From assembly GCA_046329055.1 (NCBI GenBank), contig JAXLVK010000014.1:5506-69505 (forward strand): DNA of 64,000 nucleotides. Direction: 5' to 3'. The position numbers and the translations under genes are program-made. This stretch comes from Bacteroidia bacterium. GTDB lineage: Bacteria > Bacteroidota > Bacteroidia > J057 > JADKCL01. The notes beneath the pieces are model-generated. The model saw nothing but the letters and a program-made list of their open reading frames with translations, was not told where the DNA came from and ran no database searches. This document shows, piece by piece, positions 37,374 through 47,155 of the stretch (position 1 is the stretch's first letter; every line of letters starts with the position of its first letter).

Positions 37374-39065
37374 TCAATCAATCCTCCGCTTGATGAACCA
37401 GATGTCGTTCAGGTTCACGCCGAGGCGGAATTGGAGGGTCAGCTCCTGGAGCAGGTTGTTTTCGAGGGTGCCGCGACGGCCCACGTTCACGCCGACATTG
37501 ATGCGGCTATAGCTCTGACCGATGGGGTTGAAGAAACCGATGGGGAGGCCCACGCCTGCGGTGATGCCCATCTCGGTGATGGCGCTGCCTTGCAGGTTCA
37601 GGAAGGTGCCATGGTAATAAGCGCCGAAGCGGTAGGCGATCTTCCGGGCGTACTTGTTCGAGCCGAGTTCCGGGATCCATTCGCCGCCCACATTCGCTTG
37701 GAGCGAGTTCGTGAGGGTCGAGGGGTCACCGAAGTAGGAAAACTTGGACCAGTCCTGCAGGCTCACGTCCGCGCCGACCATCCACTTGTTGGGGCGGGCG
37801 ATGCTGAAGCCGAAGCCGAGCTTGCTGGGCATGGTCACCTTGCCAGTGTCGGCGTAGAGGGTGTCTTGGATGATGCTGTTGTTGTAGCGGTAGAGCTCCG
37901 TGCCGTTCATGGAGATGCCCGGGTCGAATGTGGCCCCTCCGCGAACGAGGATGCGTTGGGTCTTGGTGACGGTGCCCTCCTTTTTGCCGGATTCGACGTC
38001 CTTTTTCTCCTGCTCCAGGGCCGTGATGCGCTGGGCGATGCGGTCGCGGCGCAGGTTGATCCGGGCCTCGGCGTCGGTCACTTCCTTCTTGCGGGCCTTC
38101 ATGTCCTGGGTGAGCTTCTTCCGCTTCTTGTCGAGGCGGTAGATCTTGTCCTGGAGCTTGCCGATTTCCTTGCTGTTGGCACGCTCATTTTGACCCAATG
38201 ACTTCACCTGCTCCTCCAATGCCGCCTTTTCTTTTTCGAGGGCATCGGCTTTGGCTTGCTTGCTCTGGTCCTTGGCGTCGCCCTTGGAGGCCTCGGATTT
38301 CACAGCCTCCATCTCCTTGTCCAGGTTTTCGCGCTCATTTTGCAGGTCCTGGATTTGGTCCTCGATCTCCTTGACCCGCGACACCTTGACTTTGAGCTTG
38401 AGGGTATCCCCATACTGCAAGCCAAACTGCGGCAGGAACCCGCGCAGGGCGACGGAGCGCTCGGCTGCGCCAGTGAGGATCGTGCCATCGTCGTAGTCGG
38501 CAAACCACTGGTAGTTGGTGCTGCCAAATGCATAGCTGAGGTTGACCCCGGCCTGCACCCGCTTGAGGAAGCGCACCCCGAAGCCCACATAGAGCTGATT
38601 GAGACCGCCTGATCCTGCATACCGCGCCGTATAGGCCTCGACGGAGGTGTCCGCTTGGATCGAATCGCGCACCCGGACGTCGTATCCCACGGAGGAGTAA
38701 GGCGCCAATCCCACCACGATGCCATAGCCCCGGCGGTTGCTGAAGGCAAGGGAGACGTTGTGGAAGCCGGAGGTGCTGACCGTCTGGGAATTCAGGTTGC
38801 TCTTTTGGTTGCTCGTGGTCACGAAGCCATTGAAGTCGAAGGTCGTGAGGCGCAGGTCCGCAAGCGATGCGGGATTGAGCCGGTTCACCGAAGCATTGTC
38901 ATAGCTGCCGATGCCGATGCGGCCCATGCCGAAGCTGCGGGCGCTGGAACTGCTGAAGATGTCCCCCAGCCCGTAGTAGGAATACGGGGAAATGGCGACC
39001 TGCGAATGGGCTGTGAAGGCCATCCCAATCACCAGGAACATCCACAGTATGAATCTTTTATGCAT
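37374..39065 (-). CDS. Outer-membrane beta-barrel (porin/FadL-like) protein with a ~145-aa charged coiled-coil insertion
   Basis: Signal peptide. Barrel-type strands (ISPYSYYGLGD..., GLNQLYVGFGVRF, RINVGVNVG). Residues ~224-368 (nt 37962-38396) are a K/E/D/Q-rich heptad-like insertion. Confidence 0.7.
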   Translation of the reverse strand: MHKRFILWMFLVIGMAFTAHSQVAISPYSYYGLGDIFSSSSARSFGMGRIGIGSYDNASVNRLNPASLADLRLTTFDFNGFVTTSNQKSNLNSQTVSTSGFHNVSLAFSNRRGYGIVVGLAPYSSVGYDVRVRDSIQADTSVEAYTARYAGSGGLNQLYVGFGVRFLKRVQAGVNLSYAFGSTNYQWFADYDDGTILTGAAERSVALRGFLPQFGLQYGDTLKLKVKVSRVKEIEDQIQDLQNERENLDKEMEAVKSEASKGDAKDQSKQAKADALEKEKAALEEQVKSLGQNERANSKEIGKLQDKIYRLDKKRKKLTQDMKARKKEVTDAEARINLRRDRIAQRITALEQEKKDVESGKKEGTVTKTQRILVRGGATFDPGISMNGTELYRYNNSIIQDTLYADTGKVTMPSKLGFGFSIARPNKWMVGADVSLQDWSKFSYFGDPSTLTNSLQANVGGEWIPELGSNKYARKIAYRFGAYYHGTFLNLQGSAITEMGITAGVGLPIGFFNPIGQSYSRINVGVNVGRRGTLENNLLQELTLQFRLGVNLNDIWFIKRRID

Positions 39066-39807
39066 GGTAACGAATCAAGGCATTGATGCCGTAGAGCAGC
39101 AAATTTGGATCGGCAAAGGTGAGGCTTTTCACCTGATTTCCCAAGTACAGCGCGTCACCTCCGGTCAAAAACACGGGAAGCGGTGCCGATGAGAGGCTGC
39201 CGTAGTGCGCGATGAAGCCTTCGATCTCGGAAACCAGGCCATGGACCACACCGCTCCGGATGCAGGTCTCAGTGCTGTCTCCGACCCAAGGCAGTTCCCC
39301 TTCCGCATCGATCATGGGCAGGGCGGCAGTGTAATCGTACAATGCCCGGAACCGCGTCCGCATGCCAGGGCTGATCGCCCCGCCGAGGTAGTCGCCATGG
39401 GCATCCACATAATCGTATGTGACCGCAGTGCCCGCCCCGATCACCAGAACCGGACCTGAGCCTGCACGTTGATAGCCTGCCACAGCCGCACAGACGCGGT
39501 CCATCCCCAGGGTCTGCGGACTTCCGTACCGGTTCCCGATGGGCAGCGCCGTGTCCCGGTCGATGCGTCGCATCTCCAATCCGGGTTCCGCTTCTAGCAA
39601 TGTTTCTGTGGCCTTCACCATTTCAGCATTCCCTACGCTCACGAGGCCGAGATATTTTGAACGGGGGGAAAACTGCCGCCAAGCCTCGGAGGTCAGCACC
39701 GCCTGCGGGAAGTCCTGATGCGGGTAGGCATTCACCGCCAGCAACTCCTCGCCTTGGAAGTAGCCGACCTTCACCCGCGTATTGCCGATGTCCACGACGA
39801 TGTTCAT
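39058..39807 (-). CDS. coaX: Type III pantothenate kinase
   Basis: MNIVVDIGNTRVKVGYF..., VIGAGTAVTYDYV and GGDA are family-typical. Confidence 0.85.
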   Translation of the reverse strand: MNIVVDIGNTRVKVGYFQGEELLAVNAYPHQDFPQAVLTSEAWRQFSPRSKYLGLVSVGNAEMVKATETLLEAEPGLEMRRIDRDTALPIGNRYGSPQTLGMDRVCAAVAGYQRAGSGPVLVIGAGTAVTYDYVDAHGDYLGGAISPGMRTRFRALYDYTAALPMIDAEGELPWVGDSTETCIRSGVVHGLVSEIEGFIAHYGSLSSAPLPVFLTGGDALYLGNQVKSLTFADPNLLLYGINALIRYHA

Positions 39808-40556
39808 AGGATGAATCGCACCTCCTTCACGCCGTAAAAATGCAGTCCCTCACCATGCCGCAGCGCCAGCCTGCCGTCCGGGTCCACGCCGACCACATGC
39901 GCCGAAATGCGTTGCCCGGCGATCTCCACCTCGGTATCCTCCTGATAGGCGAAGAGGTGCTGCAAGTATTCCCGCTCGATGCGGTCCGCCCGTCCAGCCC
40001 GGATGGCGAGGTAGCCCGCCTCGATCAGTTCCAGCAACCTCTCCAAGATAGGACGGATCGTGTGCTCCTTCCCCGATTCCAGCACCAGCGAGGTTGCCCT
40101 CCCATGCAGCTCAGGGTCAAATTCCCATTGGTTCACATTCAGCCCGATCCCAACCACTGCCGACTTGATGCGCGCGGGTTCCAATGCCGTCTCGACCAAG
40201 ATGCCCGCCACCTTCCTGCGGTTCACCAGGAGGTCATTCGGCCACTTGATCTGGACCGTGGACTCCGGCAGGATGCCAGCAACCAGCTCCCGCAGGGCGC
40301 AAGCGATGAGTTTGTTCAGCAGGAAGATCTGCCGGGGTGCCAAAAAATGTGGCTGCAACACCAATGAAAAGGTGAGATTTTGCCCCGGCTGCGCCAACCA
40401 TTGGCTGCCTTGCTGTCCCCTTCCGGCGGTCTGATGCTGCGCCAAAACCACCGTTCCCTCGGCGGCTCCGGCCTCCAGGAGGCTTTGCGCCACGGTATTG
40501 GTGGAGTCCACTTCCGACAGCTCCACAAAATTCTTCCCGATGAAAAGCGTATTCAA
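39804..40556 (-). CDS. birA: Biotin--[acetyl-CoA-carboxylase] ligase (no N-terminal HTH)
   Basis: QTAGRGQQGSQW (GRGRxGRxW-type motif), KWPNDLLVNRRKVAGILVE. Its stop overlaps the coaX start. Confidence 0.85.
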   Translation of the reverse strand: MNTLFIGKNFVELSEVDSTNTVAQSLLEAGAAEGTVVLAQHQTAGRGQQGSQWLAQPGQNLTFSLVLQPHFLAPRQIFLLNKLIACALRELVAGILPESTVQIKWPNDLLVNRRKVAGILVETALEPARIKSAVVGIGLNVNQWEFDPELHGRATSLVLESGKEHTIRPILERLLELIEAGYLAIRAGRADRIEREYLQHLFAYQEDTEVEIAGQRISAHVVGVDPDGRLALRHGEGLHFYGVKEVRFIL

Positions 40557-40569
40557 GCCAGAACTTCGC

Positions 40570-40577
40570 TAATTTTG
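40570..40577 (+). promoter_or_regulatory. Bacteroidota -7 promoter-like motif (TAatTTTG) upstream of rsfS
   Basis: GCTAATTTTGGTC lies 30 nt upstream of the ATG at 40608. Confidence 0.3.
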
Positions 40578-40607
40578 GTCGAAAGTTACAGGTTTATAAG
40601 GATTTGA

Positions 40608-40982
40608 ATGAAGGTTAGCACCCTAGTATCCGCCAAGCAGCTCGCAGACGCAGTGGTGGACGCCCTGCAAGACAAAAAAGGACTCAAGATCGTCGTGATG
40701 GATTTGCGTCAGGTGCGCGGTGCCATTTCGGATTATTTTGTGATCTGCTCCGGCACCTCCGACCGCCACGTGATGGCACTCAGTGACACCGTGTACGAGG
40801 AGCTGCGCATCAAGCTCCAAGACAAGCCCATGAATGTCGAGGGCAGGCAGCGCGGTGAGTGGATCCTGATGGACTACGTGAACGTGGTGGTCCACATCTT
40901 CCTGGAAGAGAAGCGGCGATTTTTTGACATCGAAAGCCTCTGGGCCGACGCCCCCGTCGAGCGCATCGCACAAACCTGGTGA
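40608..40982 (+). CDS. rsfS: Ribosome silencing factor
   Basis: KGLKIVVMDLRQVRGAISDYFVICSGTSDRHVMAL...GEWILMDYVNVVVHIF...FFDIESLW. Confidence 0.85.
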   Translation: MKVSTLVSAKQLADAVVDALQDKKGLKIVVMDLRQVRGAISDYFVICSGTSDRHVMALSDTVYEELRIKLQDKPMNVEGRQRGEWILMDYVNVVVHIFLEEKRRFFDIESLWADAPVERIAQTW

Positions 40983-42407
40983 CAGCTGCCCCTCAGCGCA
41001 AGGGCCTCTGGGTCGCAGGTTGGGTAGCATTCGCCGCGATCACGCTCTGGTTCTCGTTTCACATCCATTCGCGGTCGGCTCCGTTCACTTACAAGAGCCA
41101 GATTTTCGCTGACAAGGCGGGGTACTACATCTACCTCCCGGCGACCTTTGTCTTCGGATTCGATGCCGACGCCGTGCCGGACAGCCTTTCCCAAAAGGTC
41201 GGCAATGGCTTCCTGATCACGGATCAAAACAAGATCTACACCAAGTACCCCATCGGGGTCTCCCTGATGCAGTCGCCATTTTTCCTGCTGGCGCACGGGG
41301 TGCTCTCGCCGCTGACCGGGCAACCTGCGGACGGATTTTCTCCCGTTTACCACGCCATGGTGGACATCGCCGCCTGGGCCTACATGCTCCTCGGGATGGG
41401 AATGCTCCTCATCGCTGAGGCGGCGGCATTCCGTCGGCCGCACCTTGGGGACATTGGCACTGTTGCTGTTCGGGACCAATCTCGCCTACTACTACTCCAC
41501 CGAGTCCGGGATGTCGCATATCTACTCGTTTTGCGTCGTCCCGGCCTTGATCCTCTTGCTGGATCGGGTTGGATGTGTCATGTTGCCTTGTCCTGCAAAG
41601 TCGGGAAGCGGAGCAGCGCAGCTGTGAGTCGAAGTCATCTAGCGCACACAGAAACACTCCCTGCTTGTCCAATCCCAAAGCCCCGAAATCCCCACCCATC
41701 CCCCAAGCTCACCCCCCGCAAGCCCGGCTCCTAGGCAGCCTTGCGGCCTCCTCATCGTCACCCGCTTCACGAACGTCCTCCTCCTCAGCCTAGTCCTAGC
41801 TTGGGGCGTTCAGGACCTCAATGGCCTCTGGCAACGAATCCGTCTCATTCTCTCCCCAAAGACATTGCCCCTTTTGCTGCTAGGCCCAGCCATCCTCATC
41901 GGCCTGCAACTCGCGTATTACCACTACCTCACCAACAGCCTCTTCCTCTACACCTACGGCGACGAAGGTTTCGACTTCCTCCATCCCGAGCTGCTCAAAG
42001 CCTGGTTTTCCCCCAACAACGGCCTCTTCCCCCACGCCCCGATGGTGCTTTTCGGGCTCATCGGCATGGGCATCATGGCCGCGCGGCGCGAAGCCCTCGG
42101 CTGGTACGGCCTCGGATTGTTCGCCCTCAGCGCCTACATCTTCTCCTGCTGGTGGCAATGGTACTTCGGCTGCGCCTTTGGGCAGCGGAGCTACGTCGAG
42201 CTCTACCCGATATTGGCCTTCGGCCTCGCCCGGTTCCTTCAATGGGTCAGCACACGGACGCCCCGACCCGTTCAGATTTTGACTTGGAGCGTGTTGATTT
42301 TGCTCTGCCTGCTCGTCACCAACCACATGTACCACTTCAAACTCTGCTACATCGGGCAGGGGGACTGGGACTGGGGGTACTGGTGGGGGGAGGTTGTGCG
42401 GGTTTGA
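40979..42407 (+). pseudogene. Disrupted polytopic membrane protein (GT-C/ArnT-like, tentative): one frameshift plus a repeat insertion
   Basis: Membrane-protein sequence runs in frame 2 (40979 to ~41410). It switches to frame 0 (LGTLALLLFGTNLAYYYSTESGMSHIY). In-frame stops at 41625 and 41640 lie inside a repeat. Frame 0 resumes (GLLIVTRFTNVLLLSLVLAWG...) and runs to 42407. Confidence 0.55.
41572..41740. repeat. Copy of the dispersed repeat seen at 18094-18406, inserted in a coding region (boundaries approximate)
   Basis: Shares TGTCATGT, GTCCTGCAAAGTCGGGAAGCGGAG (versus GTCCCGGCGAAGTCGCGGAGCGGAG) and the exact CATCTAGCGCACA (41636-41648). Confidence 0.4.
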
Positions 42408-42414
42408 GGGGGGG

Positions 42415-43233
42415 CTAATGATACAACTCCGCCTCCACCAAATACCTTCCACCCAACTCCACCAAGCTCCGCACAGCCGCGACCACCCTACCAGGCGCCT
42501 CGTACATCCCCATGTGGCTCGCCTCCGGAATCCGGTGCAGCAATGCCAATGGCAGCTCTTGCAGCTCCATCCGGCTACGCTCCGGGCTCACGAGGCCATC
42601 CTTCCCGCCGATGATGTACATCACGGGCACCGCCAAGCCGCGCACCGCAGCCCGCTTGTCCGGACGGTCACGCATGATGCGCAACAATGCCAAAATCGCC
42701 TCCTCCGATGTCCCCGAGGTGATTTCCGCCAATTCAGCCACCCACTGCGCCTCCGGGTCATGGAACAAGGAGTCCACAAATGCCCGCAGAAACGGCTCCC
42801 GGCCATGGTCCTTCACGAACCCAATGGCTTTGGTACGGTTGGGCTTGCGCTCCTCGGCATCGTCCATCGCGGTGGAATGCAGGAATCCCAGCCCCGCCAA
42901 TCGCTCCGAAAACAGGTCCGCGAATGCCGCTGCGATGTACCCGCCCATGCTATGCCCCACCAGGACACAACGCTCGATGCCCATGGCATCCAAGATGTCC
43001 CGCAGCCAGCAGGCGATGTCGTCAAGCGAACGAATAGAAGGATCCCAGGGCGTGCCACCATGACCCGGCAGGGTCGGCGCGATCACCCGGCATTCTTGGG
43101 ACAGCTCAGGCAAAATCCCATTGAAAATCGCGGGCGTCTCACAAAACCCATGCAAAATGACCAGCGGAAGACCCTCCCCGATATCAACCACGGGGACGGA
43201 GGCAAGGAAAGCTATCTCTTCAGGGGATTGCAA
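42415..43233 (-). CDS. Alpha/beta-fold hydrolase
   Basis: LPLVILHGF (oxyanion region), nucleophile elbow VGHSMGG, C-terminal SHMG. The TTG at 43233 avoids overlap with clpS; the track ORF extends to 43284. Confidence 0.75.
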   Translation of the reverse strand: MQSPEEIAFLASVPVVDIGEGLPLVILHGFCETPAIFNGILPELSQECRVIAPTLPGHGGTPWDPSIRSLDDIACWLRDILDAMGIERCVLVGHSMGGYIAAAFADLFSERLAGLGFLHSTAMDDAEERKPNRTKAIGFVKDHGREPFLRAFVDSLFHDPEAQWVAELAEITSGTSEEAILALLRIMRDRPDKRAAVRGLAVPVMYIIGGKDGLVSPERSRMELQELPLALLHRIPEASHMGMYEAPGRVVAAVRSLVELGGRYLVEAELYH

Positions 43234-43238
43234 CGGAC

Positions 43239-43508
43239 TCAGACAACCTCGGAGGTGAGGCCACGGTCCAGCAAAGCGATGCAACGGTCGATCATGTCAC
43301 GCTTCTCGCCGCTTTTGACAATGTACTTGCCCTTGTGATGAACGATCCAGGCACATTGTTCGGCTTGGGTCGCCGAATGGTCACACACCTCGATCAGGCT
43401 CTGAATCACCCAATCGAATGAATTCACCTCGTCATTGAACAATACAATGCTGTATGTCTCGGTTACTACCGTCTCAACCGCTTCAAGGGTTAGCTCTTTG
43501 ATACTCAT
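43239..43508 (-). CDS. clpS: ATP-dependent Clp protease adaptor
   Basis: YSIVLFNDEVNSFDWVIQSLIEVCDHSATQAEQCAWIVHHKGKYIVKSG. Confidence 0.85.
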   Translation of the reverse strand: MSIKELTLEAVETVVTETYSIVLFNDEVNSFDWVIQSLIEVCDHSATQAEQCAWIVHHKGKYIVKSGEKRDMIDRCIALLDRGLTSEVV

Positions 43509-43621
43509 CTCACAATCAGTTACAAACTCAGCCTAAAACCATCCTAAACATGCCATTGGCGCGAACCAAAAATAGCGAATTTTCGCCACGAATGCAAAGA
43601 AAATGTACTAAGATTGCGCCG

Positions 43622-44515
43622 ATGCCACAGCCCGCCAAAATCCAAGTTTTCTCTCCCAGCCAGTTCCTGGACCATGAACTCATCGACGCAGGTGGCGGCG
43701 AAAAACTGGAACGCTTTGGCAAGTTTGTGCTGATCAGGCCAGAGCCGCAGGCACTTTGGTCACCCTCACTGTCCCCCGAGGAATGGCGCAAGATGGCCCA
43801 TGCCCGCTTCGTGCAGGACGGCTCTGCCTCCGGAGACTGGGAACGCTACGACAACTCCCTCCCCGACCAATGGACCATCGGCTACAACCATGGCGACATG
43901 AAGCTGCGCTTCCGGCTGGGACTCACCCGCTTCAAGCACGTCGGCGTCTTCCCCGAACAGGCCGTGAACTGGGACTTCATTTATGACCGCTGCCGTGGCC
44001 TCAAGGCTCCCAAAGTCCTGAACCTCTTCGCCTACACGGGGGGCGCGAGCCTGGCCGCCAAGGCCGGGGGCGCGGACGTGATCCATTGCGACGCCATCAA
44101 GCAAGTCGTGAACTGGGCCGCCGCCAACATGGAACTCAGCAAACTCGAAGGGATCCGTTGGCTGGTGGAGGACGCCTTCAAATTCGTGCAGCGTGAGGCC
44201 AAGCGCGGCAACCAATACGACGGCATCATCCTCGATCCCCCGGCATGGGGACACGGCCCCAAGGGCGAGAAGTGGAAGCTGGAGGACCAAGTCAACGAGC
44301 TCATGCAGCAAGTCGCCGCCATCCTCTCCCCGGAGCGCAACTTCCTCGTAATGAATGCCTATTCCCTCGGCTACTCCTCCCTCATCTTGGAAAATCTAGG
44401 CCGCAGCCACTTCCGCGACCAACAACTCAAGAACCTAGAAATCGGCGAACTCTGCCTCCCCGAACGCAGCCACCGCCGCCTCCCCGCCGGCGTCTTCATG
44501 CGCTTCTGGAACTAA
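43622..44515 (+). CDS. Class I SAM-dependent methyltransferase (RlmI/RlmK-like)
   Basis: VLNLFAYTGGASLAAKAGGADVIHCDA (motif I) and YDGIILDPPAWGHG. Start set at the ATG at 43622. Confidence 0.75.
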   Translation: MPQPAKIQVFSPSQFLDHELIDAGGGEKLERFGKFVLIRPEPQALWSPSLSPEEWRKMAHARFVQDGSASGDWERYDNSLPDQWTIGYNHGDMKLRFRLGLTRFKHVGVFPEQAVNWDFIYDRCRGLKAPKVLNLFAYTGGASLAAKAGGADVIHCDAIKQVVNWAAANMELSKLEGIRWLVEDAFKFVQREAKRGNQYDGIILDPPAWGHGPKGEKWKLEDQVNELMQQVAAILSPERNFLVMNAYSLGYSSLILENLGRSHFRDQQLKNLEIGELCLPERSHRRLPAGVFMRFWN

Positions 44516-44752
44516 ACCAAGGCGGCGCCACACCCAAGAGGCGGCGGCATACCCAAGAGGCGGCGGCCTCCGGCCGCACGCCGACCGGACATTTGCCTCC
44601 GGCGAATAACCAGCTCAGCACCCCAATGACCCCGTCGCTGCCCCCTAAGCCTGCCGCAGGAGCCGCCAGCCCCTACAATATGCACCAACGAAGTGGACAC
44701 CGCAGACCAATACGCAATCCTCCCCAATCCGTTTTTTCCCTAATTTCCCAGC

Positions 44753-46159
44753 ATGAAGCGCCTTTTCACCACCGCGTTGCTTGCCGGGTCGCTTTCAGGA
44801 ATGGCATTGGCCCAGACTCCTGAGGACTCCGTCATGCTCCGCCGACTCTTCGATGCCGAGATCACCCAAGGCACCTGCTACGAGAACCTCCGGCACCTCT
44901 GCAAGGACGTCGGCCATCGCCTGAGCGGCAGCCCAAACGCTGCCAAGGCCGTGGAATGGGCCGCTGCCACCATGAACACCATGGGCCTGGACCGGGTGGA
45001 GAAGCAGCCTGTCTTGGTGCCGCACTGGGAGAGGGGCAAGGCCGACCGCGCCTGGTACAAAGGCAAAATGGGCAAGGTCACACCTCCCATCCTCGCTCTC
45101 GGCAGCTCCGTCGGCACTCCGAACGGCAAGGCAATTTCCGCCCCCGTGGTCGAGGTCTTCAGCTTGGACGAGGTCCGCAAAATGGAGGACGGCTCCCTCA
45201 AGGGCAAGATCGTGTTCTACAACAGGCCGATGAACGCCAAAGAACTCGACACATTTGATGCTTACGGCGGCTGCGTGGACCAACGGGGCGGCGGCTCGGT
45301 CGAGGCATCCAAGAAAGGGGCTCTCGCTGTAATTGTGCGCTCCATGACCCTGCAGCACGACGACCATCCCCATACCGGCAACATGCGCAACGAGGAAGGC
45401 ACGACCAAGATTCCTGCCGCTGCCATCAGCACGAACGGGGCCGACCGCCTGCACGAGGACCTGAAGAATGATCCCAACCTCGTCTTCTCCCTACAAATGG
45501 GCTGTCAGACCTTTCCGGATGCACCGAGCCACAACGTGATCGGCGAAATCAAAGGCAGCGCCCTCCCAAATGAGTTCATCACCGTGGGCGGGCACCTCGA
45601 CTCCTGGGACGTGGGCGAAGGCGCGCACGACGATGGCACAGGCGTGGTCCAAGCGATGGAAGTGCTCAAGCTCTTCCGCATGGTCGGCTACCAACCCCGG
45701 CACACCATCCGCGCGGTGGCCTTCATGAACGAGGAAAATGGCATGAAAGGTGGCCTCGAATACGCCGCACAGGCCAAGGCCAAGGGCGAGAAACACATTG
45801 CTGCATTGGAAAGTGACAGGGGCGGATTCTCTCCGAGAGGCGTTGAAATCCAAGCCAATCCCGAGAACACCGCCTGGTCCCTCAAGTACAAGCCGCTCTT
45901 CATCCCCTACATGGTCCACAACATACAGCCGGGCTATGGCGGAGTGGACATCAGCCCCTTGCGGGCGCAGGGCGCGGGCCTGTACGGCTACCTCCCAGAT
46001 TCGCAGCGATACTTCGACTTCCACCATGCGGAAACGGACGTGTTCGAGGCGGTGAATGAGCGGGAACTCAAACTGGGTGCCTGGGTGATGGCGGCGTGGA
46101 TCTACCTCATTGATCAATACGGCCTTCCGAGCAATGAACCCTACGAGCCGCCGAAGTAA
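44753..46159 (+). CDS. Secreted M28-family aminopeptidase
   Basis: Signal peptide. NVIGEIKG, GGHLDSWDVGEGAHDDGTG and FMNEENG are M28 zinc-ligand blocks. Confidence 0.8.
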   Translation: MKRLFTTALLAGSLSGMALAQTPEDSVMLRRLFDAEITQGTCYENLRHLCKDVGHRLSGSPNAAKAVEWAAATMNTMGLDRVEKQPVLVPHWERGKADRAWYKGKMGKVTPPILALGSSVGTPNGKAISAPVVEVFSLDEVRKMEDGSLKGKIVFYNRPMNAKELDTFDAYGGCVDQRGGGSVEASKKGALAVIVRSMTLQHDDHPHTGNMRNEEGTTKIPAAAISTNGADRLHEDLKNDPNLVFSLQMGCQTFPDAPSHNVIGEIKGSALPNEFITVGGHLDSWDVGEGAHDDGTGVVQAMEVLKLFRMVGYQPRHTIRAVAFMNEENGMKGGLEYAAQAKAKGEKHIAALESDRGGFSPRGVEIQANPENTAWSLKYKPLFIPYMVHNIQPGYGGVDISPLRAQGAGLYGYLPDSQRYFDFHHAETDVFEAVNERELKLGAWVMAAWIYLIDQYGLPSNEPYEPPK

Positions 46160-46252
46160 GGGCAGTTGATTTTGCGATGTCGAAACCTTGGTTTTTCCGG
46201 CAGAAATGCCGTAATTCGCCACGCATTTTCAAAAACGCAAAATCGCAGTAGA

Positions 46253-46993
46253 ATGAAACAATTGACTTATGCAATGATCCTGGCGTTGGCCGTGATCCTC
46301 GTCGGTTGCGACAAGGGTGCTGGCGGTGAGGGCGGCGACGCCTCCACGCTCAAGGACAACAAGGATAGCGTGAGCTACGCCATCGGCTATGACATCGGCA
46401 AAAACTTCTCCCAACAGGGCGTCGAGCTGAACATCGCAGTGTTTTCCAAGGCCCTCGAAGAAGGCATGGCAGGCACCGCTCCCAAGTTGGATGAGCAAAC
46501 CGCTCGCAACGTGATGATGGCCTACCAGCAGGTCCTCCAAAAGAAGCAACAAGAGAAGCGCGCCAAGGAAGCTGGCGAGAACCTCGAGAAGAGCAACAAG
46601 TTCCTCGCTGACAACAAGGCAACTGCAGGTGTGGTCGAACTGCCCAGCGGTCTGCAATACCAAGTCATCAAGGAAGGCACCGGCAAGCAGCCGACCCTCG
46701 AAGACCAAGTCACCACCCACTACCATGGCACCCTGATGGACGGCAGCGTGTTCGACAGCTCCCGTGAGCGTGGCGAACCTGCCACCTTCCCCCTGAAAGG
46801 TGTGATCCAAGCTTGGCAGCAAATCCTCCCGATGATGAAGGAGGGCGCTACCTACAAAATCTGGTCTCCTCCCGCACTTGCTTACGGTGAGTACGGCAGC
46901 CCGCCCAAGATCGGCCCGAACGTGGCGCTGGTGTTTGAAATCGAACTCATCAAAGTCGGTGGCCCCGCTGAAGGCGCTGCCCAACCCCAATAA
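46253..46993 (+). CDS. FKBP-type peptidyl-prolyl cis-trans isomerase lipoprotein (FkpA/Mip-like)
   Basis: Lipobox LVGC from the ATG at 46253. N-terminal dimerisation helix. FKBP core: VTTHYHGTLMDGSVFDSS...GVIQAWQQILPMMKEG..WSPPALAYG. Confidence 0.85.
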   Translation: MKQLTYAMILALAVILVGCDKGAGGEGGDASTLKDNKDSVSYAIGYDIGKNFSQQGVELNIAVFSKALEEGMAGTAPKLDEQTARNVMMAYQQVLQKKQQEKRAKEAGENLEKSNKFLADNKATAGVVELPSGLQYQVIKEGTGKQPTLEDQVTTHYHGTLMDGSVFDSSRERGEPATFPLKGVIQAWQQILPMMKEGATYKIWSPPALAYGEYGSPPKIGPNVALVFEIELIKVGGPAEGAAQPQ

Positions 46994-47015
46994 TCGCCTT
47001 TTGAACAGTATAGGA

Positions 47016-47054
47016 CTCCCCGGTAGGCTTGGCTTGCCGGGGAGTTTTGTTTTT
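47016..47054 (+). terminator. Rho-independent terminator
   Basis: CTCCCCGG-(13-nt loop)-CCGGGGAG followed by TTTTGTTTTT. Confidence 0.65.
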
Positions 47055-47063
47055 CATCGGTTT

Positions 47064-47133
47064 AACCGCAAAGACGCAATGGGCGCAAAGACAGTTCGCG
47101 TGCAGCTTTGCGTAACTTTGCGCCTTTGCGGTT
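47064..47133. repeat. GCAAAG word repeat forming an imperfect inverted repeat
   Basis: The left arm AACCGCAAAGACGCAATGGGCGCAAAG (47064-47090) faces the right arm CTTTGCGTAACTTTGCGCCTTTGCGGTT (47106-47133). Confidence 0.5.
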
Positions 47134-47155
47134 CAGAAATTCACCCTCAGTCAAA

